DNA of 64,000 nucleotides from a bacterium (GTDB lineage: Bacteria > UBA8248): the NCBI GenBank assembly GCA_965219955.1, contig OZ244799.1:3456001-3520000 (forward strand). The letters are read 5' to 3'. The translations under genes and the position numbers were made by a program. Shown here in pieces: positions 9,593 through 18,615 of the stretch (position 1 is the stretch's first letter; every line of letters starts with the position of its first letter). The notes beneath the pieces are model-generated. The model did no database searches. It was given only the letters and a program-made list of their open reading frames with translations, and was not told the origin of the DNA.

Positions 9593-9678
9593 TCTCGTCC
9601 ACGCCTTGATGAGGCGGGTTGCCGGCGCGACCGAACGCCCCGTCGCGCTTCCCGGCGCGGACGGCCCAAGACACGAGG
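9593..9678 (+). ncRNA. Candidate structured 5' leader (copy 2), abutting the RBS
   Basis: Same stems as copy 1, with a G-U-compatible change (gcctt-gat-gaggc). It ends in acgaggag, the Shine-Dalgarno before ATG 9687. Confidence 0.4.
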
Positions 9679-9686
9679 AGAACACC

Positions 9687-12600
9687 ATGAGGACTCTAAA
9701 ACCGTTATTTTTCTTTTGCCTCGTTCTGACCCTGGCCGGCGTATTGGCCGGCGCGCCCCCCGTCTTCGCGCAGGATAGCTGCCCGCTTCCGGCGGGCGTC
9801 ACGGCGAATCCGCTCGCCACCCCGAGCATTACGGCGGCTGACGTGGAGGCGGATTCCAACCGATTGACGGACTTCGCCCTGGCGGCGAGAGACTATATGG
9901 AGAGCGTCCGGCCCCCGGGCGAATTGGCGCACAACGCTTGCATCATCCGCCAGGAGGGCCCCTGGAAGTCCGGCGGCACCTACCTCGTCACCATATCCCT
10001 TGATGGAAGGGTGTTCTTCCACTCGGCCAGGGCGGCGTTGGGCGGCAAGCCGCTCAGCAATGCGGTTCGTCTAGCCATTTATCGCGCGCTGGGCATCACC
10101 GCCACCGCGCCTGCCGACATCCGCGCCGCCCTGGTCAATGTGGCCGAAACAGGGAGCTTTCCGAACGCGGATGGGGGCGTCTTGCCGGCGGGAATCGGCG
10201 GCGGCTACGCTGTCGGGTTCAGGCGCACCGGGGGGAATCCGCTCATATTGGTCGCCGGACTCGATATCGGGGAAGCTCACTTCGGCACGGAAACCGTCGA
10301 CCCCGGCGACCCCGACGTGCGGGCCGACGAGGTGGTGGACCGCGCTACGCTCAAGGCCTTCGTGGAGGAAGCGACGCAGTACGTCATCGACCGCTACCGG
10401 GCGGAAGGCCGCACCGCTTTTACGCAAATAAAGAGCGTCTTGAGGGATCCGGCCGGACCCTGGAGGCACGGCCCGACCTATCTCTTCATCATGGAGCCCA
10501 CCGGCTACACGATCTTTCACGGCGCGTTCCCCGACAGGTTCGAGTTCCAGACGCCGACAGATACCCTGAGGGAGCAGTTGCCGTCGGGTGGACAGGGCGA
10601 CCTCATTCTGCCGAAGATCATCCGGACCGCGAGAAGCAACCCCGCCGGCGACTTCGTCGAGTATTATTTCGACAACCCCGACGACCCGAACGACGACTTC
10701 AACACCCTCAAGGTGAGCTACGTGCGCCAGCACGTCTTCCAGGCCACGAGGGCGGACGGGACCACGTTCGAATACCCGCTCATCTTCGGCGCGGGCATCT
10801 ACGGGGAAGGCGGGGGCATCGTGGCGCAAGGCTGCCCGCTCCCGGCGGGCGTCACGGCGAATCCCCTCGCCAGCCCGAGCGTAACGGCCGAGCAGGTGGA
10901 AGCGGGCTCCGCCGGTTTGAGCGATTTCGCCCTGGCCGCGAAGCGATACATGGAGAGCGTCGAGAGAGGGCCGGAACTGGCGCACAACGCCTGCGTCGTC
11001 AGGCAGGATGGTCCCTGGAAGTCCGGCGACACCTATCTCGTCACGATAAATACCGAGGGGAGGGTGTTCTTCCACTCGAAAAGCGCAGCGTTGGGCGGCA
11101 GGCCGCTCAAGCGTCCCGTCTGGGCGGCGATCGCCGCCGCGACGGGCGCTGCCGCGTTGCGCACGACAGGCGCCTTCGGGAACCCGAACGGCGGCGCATT
11201 ACCGGCGCAGATCGGCGGCGGCTACGCCGTCGGCTTCACGCGGGCAGGAGGCAATCCGCTCATCCTCGTCGCGGGCCTCGACATCGGGGAAGCACACCTC
11301 GACAGGGAGACCATCGACCCCGGCGACCCGACAGTGCGGGCCGACCAGGTGGTGGACCGCGCAACGCTCAGGACTTTCGTGAACGAAGCTACGGATTACG
11401 TCCTGAGCACTTTCCGCTCGGAAGGCCGCGCCGCGTTCAACAAGGTAAAGAGCGTCTTGCGGGATCCGAACGGACCCTGGAGGCACGGCCCCGTCTATCT
11501 CTTCATCATGGAACCCACCGGCTACACGATCTTTCACGGGGCGTTCCCCGACAGATTCGAATTCCGGAGGCCCACGGAAACCCTGAGAGACGAAGTCACC
11601 GGACGGCTCATTCTGCCGCAGATCATCCGGACAGCGACAAGCAGCGAGGACGGCGGTTTTGTCCAGTATTACTTCGACAACCCGGATGACCCGAACGACG
11701 ATTTCAACACATTCAAGGTGACCTACGCGCGCCAGCACGTCTTCAGCAGCACGCTGGCGGACGGGACCCCGTTCGAATACCCGCTCATCTTCGGCGCGGG
11801 CATCTACGGCGACCCGAGCGCGGTGGCGGAGGACGTCTGCCCGCGCCCACCGGGTCTTGCAGACAACCCCCTCGCCACCCCGGGCGTAACGGCGGCTCAG
11901 GCGACGGGCGGCGACAATCTTCGCGCCTTCGCGCTGGCGGGGAGAGACTATTTCAACTCCATTACGACGCCGCAGGGGTTGGCCTACGCCGGATGCCTCG
12001 TCAGGAACGAGGGCCCCTGGAAGTCAGGCGACACCTACATCTCCGCCCTGACGCTCGACGGCAGGGTGCTCCTGAACGGGAAAGACATGTCGACGGGAGG
12101 CAGGCCGCTCCAGGACGCGGTTTATGCGGGCATCCTCGGCGCGCTGGGAATCGATCTCGCCGATCCGAGGACCATACCTGCCCAACTGCAGCAGGTATTC
12201 GCAAATCGCGCTTTCCCGAACGCGGACGGCGGCGCATTGCCGGGCGGCGGCTACGCCGTGGGGTACTTTGGCAGCAATATCCCGTACATCCTGCTCGCAG
12301 GCGTAGACCTCCAGGAAGCGCACTTCAAGGAGGATACCGCCGACCCCGGCGACCCGGACGTTAGCGCCGATGAAGTGGTGGACCGCGCAACGCTCAAAGC
12401 CTTCGTGAACGGGGCGGTAGACTACCTGCTCGAACTCTACCGGACAAACCCCGCCGGAGCCATCGGAATCGCGAGAAGCATACTGAGAAGACCACCCTGG
12501 AAGCACGGCCCCGTCTATCTCTTCATCATGGAAGACAGCGGCTACACGCTCCTTCACGGGGGGTTCCCGGACAGGTTCGAATTCCAGACGCCGACGCAAA

Positions 12601-14294
12601 CCTTGCGGGACGAGGTGACCGGAAATCTCATCTTGCCGCAGATCATCAACGTGGCGAAACAAAGCGGGGAGGAGGGCGGCTTCGTGCGCTACTTCTTCGA
12701 CAACCCGGCCGACGACACCGACAGCGCAGACGTGCCGAAGGTGACCTACGCGCGCCTGTTGACATTCCCCATACCGGGAGGCCAGCCGGTTTCCTACATC
12801 GTCGGCGCGGGGATCTACGGGGATGAGGGCGCCGTGTCCGAGGAGAGCGTGGCGGCGGCGAGGGGCTGGCTGGCGCGCTTCGGCCGCGCGGTGGGAAGCC
12901 AGGCGGTGGAGATGATATCGAGCCGCCTGAACGCGCCCGCGCAGGGCGGGGCGAAGATGACCCTCGGCGGACGGACCGTGAACCTCGGTGCGGATATGGA
13001 ACGCTACCTGGCGAAAGAAGACGTGGGCCTCACCGCCTCCCTCTCGCATGATGGAATCGACGCCCGCGGCCTCTCGCGCCCGATACTCACGAACCGGCTG
13101 ACCAATGGGGAGGAGGATTCCCCGGGGGCCTACCGCGAGATGACGATGAGCCAGCTGCTCTCGGGCGCTTCGTTCCACCTGGCTTCGAACAAGGAAGCCG
13201 CGGAGGCGGCGGGCAGCAGGTGGTCCATCTGGGGCCGCGGCGCGCAGAGCTCCTTCGAGGGCGGCGGCGAGGCCGCGATCGAGGGCGACGTGACGACGGC
13301 CATGCTGGGCGTGGACTACGAGAAGGGCAAGCTCCTCGCGGGCGTGGCGCTCTCTCGCGCGAGCGGCGACGGGGGCTTCAGGAACGGAGGCCGCAGCGAG
13401 CTCGAGGCGACCCTCACGAGCGTGCACCCCTACCTCCGCTACGAGGCGAGCGAGCGGCTCTCGCTGTGGGGGGTCCTGGGCATGGGCCAGGGCGAGATGA
13501 CGCTCGAGGAGAGTGATCAGAAGCACGAGACCGACATTGATATGCGCATGGGCGCGTTCGGGCTTCGCGGCGCGCTCGCGAAGGTGGGCGGGTTCGACCT
13601 GGCGCTCAAATCCGACGTTATGCTGACGCAGATGGACTCGGACGCGAAGGACGGGCTCGAGGCCATCTCGGCGGAGTCGAGCCGCCTGCGGGTGATGCTG
13701 GAAGCCTCGCGCAAGGTCGCCATGGAGGGCGGCGGGACGCTCCGGCCTTCGGTGGAGGTGGGTCTCCGCAACGACGGCGGCGACGTGGACGAGGGTATGG
13801 GCGTCGAAGTCGGTGGCAGCCTGCGCTTCACGAGTCCCTCCATGGGCCTGACGCTCGAGGTGAATGCGCGGGGGCTCGTGACGCACGAGGAAGAAGACGT
13901 GAGCGACTGGGGCGTGGGCGGGATGATCCGCATCGCCCCGGGCAAGAAAGGCCGGGGACTCGCCCTCACCGTGCGGCCCGAAGTGGGAGAAACCGCGAGC
14001 GGCGCGGCGCGCCTGTGGGGTCTCAAGGACGCCTCGCGTCTCGCGAAAGAGGAAATCGAGGATCTCGACCCCCGCGTGCGCGCGGAGGTGGGCTACGGGC
14101 TGGACGCCTGGGGCGGCCTGCTCACGCCCTACGCCGGCCTCTCGGTGTCGGATAGCGGAAACGGGACCTACCGCCTGGGAAGCCGCTTCAGGATGGGCGA
14201 GCGCCTGAGCATGAGCCTGGAGGGCGACGTGCGAGAGCGCGTGAACGCCGACCCCGTCCACGGCGTGGCGCTGCGCGGCTCCCTGCGCTGGTAA
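9687..14294 (+). CDS. Secreted protein with tandem Cache-like domains (3 modules) and C-terminal autotransporter-like beta-barrel; paralog of 5358-8960
   Basis: Sec signal ending PVFA|Q and a GAGGAG RBS. Three CPxP...GAGIYG modules. The C-terminal part (about 490 aa) is nearly identical to gene 1 and ends in Trp. Confidence 0.8.
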   Translation: MRTLKPLFFFCLVLTLAGVLAGAPPVFAQDSCPLPAGVTANPLATPSITAADVEADSNRLTDFALAARDYMESVRPPGELAHNACIIRQEGPWKSGGTYLVTISLDGRVFFHSARAALGGKPLSNAVRLAIYRALGITATAPADIRAALVNVAETGSFPNADGGVLPAGIGGGYAVGFRRTGGNPLILVAGLDIGEAHFGTETVDPGDPDVRADEVVDRATLKAFVEEATQYVIDRYRAEGRTAFTQIKSVLRDPAGPWRHGPTYLFIMEPTGYTIFHGAFPDRFEFQTPTDTLREQLPSGGQGDLILPKIIRTARSNPAGDFVEYYFDNPDDPNDDFNTLKVSYVRQHVFQATRADGTTFEYPLIFGAGIYGEGGGIVAQGCPLPAGVTANPLASPSVTAEQVEAGSAGLSDFALAAKRYMESVERGPELAHNACVVRQDGPWKSGDTYLVTINTEGRVFFHSKSAALGGRPLKRPVWAAIAAATGAAALRTTGAFGNPNGGALPAQIGGGYAVGFTRAGGNPLILVAGLDIGEAHLDRETIDPGDPTVRADQVVDRATLRTFVNEATDYVLSTFRSEGRAAFNKVKSVLRDPNGPWRHGPVYLFIMEPTGYTIFHGAFPDRFEFRRPTETLRDEVTGRLILPQIIRTATSSEDGGFVQYYFDNPDDPNDDFNTFKVTYARQHVFSSTLADGTPFEYPLIFGAGIYGDPSAVAEDVCPRPPGLADNPLATPGVTAAQATGGDNLRAFALAGRDYFNSITTPQGLAYAGCLVRNEGPWKSGDTYISALTLDGRVLLNGKDMSTGGRPLQDAVYAGILGALGIDLADPRTIPAQLQQVFANRAFPNADGGALPGGGYAVGYFGSNIPYILLAGVDLQEAHFKEDTADPGDPDVSADEVVDRATLKAFVNGAVDYLLELYRTNPAGAIGIARSILRRPPWKHGPVYLFIMEDSGYTLLHGGFPDRFEFQTPTQTLRDEVTGNLILPQIINVAKQSGEEGGFVRYFFDNPADDTDSADVPKVTYARLLTFPIPGGQPVSYIVGAGIYGDEGAVSEESVAAARGWLARFGRAVGSQAVEMISSRLNAPAQGGAKMTLGGRTVNLGADMERYLAKEDVGLTASLSHDGIDARGLSRPILTNRLTNGEEDSPGAYREMTMSQLLSGASFHLASNKEAAEAAGSRWSIWGRGAQSSFEGGGEAAIEGDVTTAMLGVDYEKGKLLAGVALSRASGDGGFRNGGRSELEATLTSVHPYLRYEASERLSLWGVLGMGQGEMTLEESDQKHETDIDMRMGAFGLRGALAKVGGFDLALKSDVMLTQMDSDAKDGLEAISAESSRLRVMLEASRKVAMEGGGTLRPSVEVGLRNDGGDVDEGMGVEVGGSLRFTSPSMGLTLEVNARGLVTHEEEDVSDWGVGGMIRIAPGKKGRGLALTVRPEVGETASGAARLWGLKDASRLAKEEIEDLDPRVRAEVGYGLDAWGGLLTPYAGLSVSDSGNGTYRLGSRFRMGERLSMSLEGDVRERVNADPVHGVALRGSLRW

Positions 14295-14314
14295 TATAGA
14301 AGGAGAATCGCCAA

Positions 14315-14345
14315 GGGGCGGCCCTCCGGGGCCGCCCCCGTTTTT
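14315..14345 (+). terminator. Intrinsic terminator after autotransporter gene 2
   Basis: ggggcggccc-tccg-gggccgcccc hairpin followed by ttttt. Confidence 0.75.
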
Positions 14346-14429
14346 CATTTGGCAAAAGGGCTTCGTAGGGGCGGACCTATCCCGACCGAAGAGGGGGAGG
14401 CAGGGATTGCAAGATGCGTAGTTTTAACA

Positions 14430-14618
14430 ATCACTCCCCCCTTTGAGGGGGAGTCGAAGAGCTGAGGGCGTAAGCCCGAAAGCGATTCGGTGGGGGGAGT
14501 AATTCGGATGGCGATAAAACGCATTTTACCCCCCACCGAGTCAGCCTTCGCACAAAACGCTCGGCTTCCTCGTCGGGCTTTCCCCTCGGGAAGCCCGACC
14601 CTCAAGGGGGGAGTGATT
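14430..14618. repeat. Palindromic miniature element with ATCACTCCCCCCTT(T)GAGGG terminal inverted repeats
   Basis: atcactccccccttt gaggg ... ccctcaaggggggagtgat, with an internal cggtgggggg/ccccccaccg pair. A related element lies at about 34371-34463. Confidence 0.6.
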
Positions 14619-14848
14619 TTTCTCTCTCGTCGGTCGGTTACATACGACAAATCCAGAGTTCCAGGGTTTTTCAACAACCCTTTGAGGGTCAGGCGCATCC
14701 GGGGCGGGTCGTCCCTGAAAAACCCTTTTCCCGGCAGGGCGAACGCCACTTTCCTGTTGCAATTCCCCGCCTCGCCTTCTACGATATTTCCCGCTGGAGC
14801 GCATCCGCGCCATAGACTCGTCACCCTTCAAAATGCGAGGATAGAAGA

Positions 14849-16546
14849 GTGAAAACCGCACTGACTCTCATCGCCACCCTATGTGTTTTCCTCACCGCGC
14901 AGGCGGCCCACGCCGCGCGCGGGGCCGACGGGCACCTGCGCATCATCTACTGGCAGGCGCCCTCCACCATGAACCCCTACCTCTCGGGCGGCACCAAGGA
15001 GATAGAGGCCGCATCGCTGGTCCTGGAGCCCCTCGCGCGCTACGACCAGAACGGCGACATGAAGCCCTGGCTCGCCGAACGGGTCCCCACGCTGGAAAAC
15101 GGCGGCGTGTCGAAGGATTTGCGCACCATCACCTGGAAGCTAAAGGGCGGCCTCAAGTGGGCCGACGGAACGCCGGTGACGGCCAAAGACGTGGTCTTCA
15201 CCTGGAAATACTGCACGCATCCCCAGGGGGGGTGCTCCCAGAGCGAGAAATACAACGACGTGAAGAACGTGGAGGCCCTCGACGCGCGAACGGTGCGCGT
15301 GACCTTCGGCGCCTCGAAACCCTTTCCCTACGGGCCGTTCGTCGGCGCGCAGGCGCCCATCATCCAGGCGGCGCAGTTCGCCGACTGCCTGGGCGCCAGG
15401 GCGCCGCGCTGCACCGACGCCAACTTCAAGCCCGTGGGCACGGGGCCGTTTACAGTCGCCGAGTTCCGCCCGAACGACGTCATCTCCTTCGTCGCCAACA
15501 ACAACTACCGCGACCCGGCCAGGCCCGCCTTCGCGCGGGTCACCTTCAAGGGGGGGGGCGACGCGGCGGCGGCGGCCCGCTCGGTGCTGGAGACCGGCGA
15601 GTTCGACTACGCCTGGAACCTGCAACTCGCCCCCGACGTGCTGGCGAACATGAAAAAGGCGGGCAAGGGGGTGGTCATCTCCTCGTTCGGTACGCTCGTC
15701 GAGCGCATCGTCGTGAACCTCACGAATCCGGCCCCAGGGCTCGGCAAGGAGCGCTCCACCGCCAGGCACCCGCATCCTTTTCTCTCGGACCCGAGCGTCC
15801 GCAAGGCGCTCTCGATGGCGATCGACCGGAAGCTGCTCGTCGAGATCGGCTACGGCCCCGCCGGCAGGCCAACGTGCAACATCCTCCCCGCGCCCGCCAT
15901 CTACAAGTCCACGGCCAACGATGCGTGCCTCAAGCAGGATATCCCCGGCGCGAACAGGCTGCTCGATGCGGCGGGCTGGAAACGCGGGCCGGGCGGCGTG
16001 CGCGCCAAGAACGGCGTGAAACTCTCGATTCTCTACCAGACCTCCACCAACGCCGTGCGCCAGGATTTCCAGGCGCTGATAAAACAGTGGTGGTCCAAGA
16101 TCGGCGTCGAGACCGAGCTTCGCAACATCAGCGCCTCGGTGTTCTTCGGCGGCGACCCGGCGAGCGGCGACACCTTCCAGAAGTTCCAGGCCGACGTGCA
16201 GATGTACGCCAACAATTTCGACGGCACGGACCCCGAATCCTACATGGCGAACTGGGCGTGCAAGGAAGCGCCGCGTCCCGAAACGCAGTGGCAGGGCAAC
16301 AACGTGCCGCGCTTCTGCGACCCCGCCTACGACGCGCTCATCGCCAAAATGGCGCGCGCCGGCGCGCTCAAGGAACGGGCGCGGCTCGCCAGGGCCATGA
16401 ACGACATGGTGGTGCAGGCCTACGCGATCATTCCGCTGGTCGACCGCGGGCGCGTATCGGCCCACGCCAAGACGCTGGGCGGCGTGGTCCTGAACACCTG
16501 GGATTCGGAGCTTTGGAACATCGCCGACTGGCGCCGCGTCAAATAG
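14849..16546 (+). CDS. Peptide/nickel ABC transporter substrate-binding protein (family 5)
   Basis: Signal peptide (AAHA), LKWADGTPVTAKDVVFTW, PVGTGPF, VRKALSMAIDR. Confidence 0.92.
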   Translation: MKTALTLIATLCVFLTAQAAHAARGADGHLRIIYWQAPSTMNPYLSGGTKEIEAASLVLEPLARYDQNGDMKPWLAERVPTLENGGVSKDLRTITWKLKGGLKWADGTPVTAKDVVFTWKYCTHPQGGCSQSEKYNDVKNVEALDARTVRVTFGASKPFPYGPFVGAQAPIIQAAQFADCLGARAPRCTDANFKPVGTGPFTVAEFRPNDVISFVANNNYRDPARPAFARVTFKGGGDAAAAARSVLETGEFDYAWNLQLAPDVLANMKKAGKGVVISSFGTLVERIVVNLTNPAPGLGKERSTARHPHPFLSDPSVRKALSMAIDRKLLVEIGYGPAGRPTCNILPAPAIYKSTANDACLKQDIPGANRLLDAAGWKRGPGGVRAKNGVKLSILYQTSTNAVRQDFQALIKQWWSKIGVETELRNISASVFFGGDPASGDTFQKFQADVQMYANNFDGTDPESYMANWACKEAPRPETQWQGNNVPRFCDPAYDALIAKMARAGALKERARLARAMNDMVVQAYAIIPLVDRGRVSAHAKTLGGVVLNTWDSELWNIADWRRVK

Positions 16547-16584
16547 GCCCGCGCGCCGCTTAAGGGCCACCGAGGCTTAAGGCG

Positions 16585-17592
16585 ATGGGAACCTACACGC
16601 TGAGGCGGCTGCTCTTCGCCGTACCCACGCTCCTCTTCATCAGCCTCGTCATATTCCTGCTGCTCGACCTCGCCCCCAGCGACCCCACGGCGAACCTCCC
16701 CCTCACGATTCCGCCCGAGGTGCGCCAGAAAATCCGCGAGTCCCTGGGGCTCGGCCAGCCCATCCACGTCCGCTACCTGCTGTGGTGCAAGCAGTTTTTC
16801 ATCAACGAGCCGCTGAACGTGCTCGACGCCCTGCTCGGCTACGCGGGCGACTCCGACAGGCTCCGCGTGCTGAGCTGGCAGACGCGCTCCCCGGTCGTGG
16901 ACTTGATCGTCGAGCGCCTGCCGCAGACCCTGTGGGTGGTGGGACTCTCCTACGTCATCGGCGTTTTGATCGCGATACCCATCGGGGTCGTCTCCGCCTA
17001 CAGGCAATACAGCTGGTTCGACCAGATCGGCACCTTCGTCTCCACCGTGGGCTTTTCGGTGCCGACGTTCTTCACCGGCGTGCTGCTGATCGTCGTCTTC
17101 TCCGTCGGCCTGGGGTGGTTCCCCTCCATCTACGACACCACGCACCGCGTGACGGACTGGAGCAGCTTCCTCGTCCAGGCGCGGCAGATGGCGATGCCCG
17201 TCTTCGTGCTCGCCCTCTACAACGCGGCCCAGATCGCCCGCTTCATGCGCGCCTCCATGCTCGAGAACCTGGGCCAGGACTACGTGCGCACCGCGCGGGG
17301 CAAGGGCTTTCACGAGCGGCGCATACTCTTCGTCCACGTCCTGCGCAACTCGATGATCCCCGTCGTCACCATCATCGCGCTCGGCGTGCCGCAGGTGTTC
17401 GGCGGCGCGATCATCACCGAGCAGATATTCAAGGTGAACGGGCTGGGGCAGCTGCTCATCGTCGCCATCCAGGGGGGAGACCTGCCGACCGTGCAGACGC
17501 TCACCTTCATCTTCGCGGGGCTGATCGTGGCGTTCAACCTCGTCGCCGACGTCCTCTACGGGGTACTGGACCCCACCATCCGCTATGACTAG
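16585..17592 (+). CDS. Peptide ABC transporter permease (OppB/DppB-like)
   Basis: YTLRRLL N-terminus, QDYVRTARGKG EAA loop, ITEQIF...GLGQL. Confidence 0.92.
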   Translation: MGTYTLRRLLFAVPTLLFISLVIFLLLDLAPSDPTANLPLTIPPEVRQKIRESLGLGQPIHVRYLLWCKQFFINEPLNVLDALLGYAGDSDRLRVLSWQTRSPVVDLIVERLPQTLWVVGLSYVIGVLIAIPIGVVSAYRQYSWFDQIGTFVSTVGFSVPTFFTGVLLIVVFSVGLGWFPSIYDTTHRVTDWSSFLVQARQMAMPVFVLALYNAAQIARFMRASMLENLGQDYVRTARGKGFHERRILFVHVLRNSMIPVVTIIALGVPQVFGGAIITEQIFKVNGLGQLLIVAIQGGDLPTVQTLTFIFAGLIVAFNLVADVLYGVLDPTIRYD

Positions 17593-18457
17593 CGCCAGGC
17601 GCGGGGCATGGGCGCAGTTCCGCACCCACCGGGGGGCGGTGATAGGTGCGGGTATTCTCATCATCGCGGCCCTCGCCGTGGTGTTCGGCCCGCACCTGTG
17701 GAACGTCGACCCCCACCTCATCGACATCCGGGCGCGCAACCAGGGGGTCAGCCTCGCCCACCCGCTGGGCGCCGACCGCCTGGGCCGCGACACCCTGGCG
17801 CGCATGTTGGCGGGCGGGCGGGTCTCGCTCGCGGTGGCGGGCGCCGCGATGGGGCTAGCCCTCTCGCTGGGCGCGGTGGTCGGCGTGGCGTCGGGCTACT
17901 TCAGGCGGCTCGACGGCCCGCTCATGCGGCTGACCGATCTTTTTCTCGCGCTGCCGCTCCTGCCGCTCCTGCTGGTGATCATCGCGCTGTTCCGGGACGC
18001 GCTCAGGGCCGCCTTCGGCCCCGAGACCGGCATCTTCATCCTCATCGCCTCGGTCATCGGCGCGACCTCCTGGATGAAGACCGCCCGCATCGTGCGCGGC
18101 GAGGTGCTCGCTCTCAAGGAGCGCGAGTTCGTCCTCGCCTCGGGCGCGATGGGAGCGCCGGCGGGGCGCATCATCTTCCGCCACATCCTGCCGGGCGTCG
18201 TCTCGCCCATCATGATCTCCGCGGCGCTGGGCGTTGGCGACGCCATCATCACCGAATCGGCGCTCTCGTTCCTGGGGCTGGGCTTTCCGCCCGATTTCCC
18301 CACCTGGGGGAGGCTGCTCTACGACTCGACCGACTACCTCCAGCAATACCCCGGGCGCGTGCTGTGGCCCGGCCTCGCGATTTCGCTCACCGTGCTGAGC
18401 ATCAACTACGTGGGCGACGGGCTGCGCGACGCGCTCGACCCCCGGGCGCGGGGATGA
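17585..18457 (+). CDS. Peptide ABC transporter permease (OppC/DppC-like)
   Basis: HPLGADRLGRD, ESALSFLGLG, NYVGDGLRDALDPR. Confidence 0.92.
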   Translation: MTSARRGAWAQFRTHRGAVIGAGILIIAALAVVFGPHLWNVDPHLIDIRARNQGVSLAHPLGADRLGRDTLARMLAGGRVSLAVAGAAMGLALSLGAVVGVASGYFRRLDGPLMRLTDLFLALPLLPLLLVIIALFRDALRAAFGPETGIFILIASVIGATSWMKTARIVRGEVLALKEREFVLASGAMGAPAGRIIFRHILPGVVSPIMISAALGVGDAIITESALSFLGLGFPPDFPTWGRLLYDSTDYLQQYPGRVLWPGLAISLTVLSINYVGDGLRDALDPRARG

Positions 18458-18615
18458 GCGCCATCGCGCCTCTCTCCAGCGGGCCGAAACCCGCTTTCAA
18501 CCTTGCGCGGGCGGGTGACCTCTGGCACGATTCGGTTTCGGCGGAACACTCTAAAACATGACACCGCGCCGGCCCGGAGTCTCTCTCCGGCGGCCCTCGG
18601 AACAGGAACACCGAT

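Noticed and set aside
9575-9620. Hammerhead-ribozyme-like words (GAAAC...GTC...TGATGA) in the conserved leader
   Set aside because: The core reads CUUGAUGA/CUCGAUGA rather than CUGANGA, there is no room for stem I, and copy 1 lacks the GAAAC-stem III arrangement.
7490-14291. Near-identical repeats as a diversity-generating retroelement TR/VR pair
   Set aside because: There is no reverse transcriptase in the window, both copies are in-frame parts of full genes, and the differences are not adenine-specific.
18522-18540. TGGCACG sigma54-like -24 element
   Set aside because: There is no TTGC/-12 GC at the required spacing.
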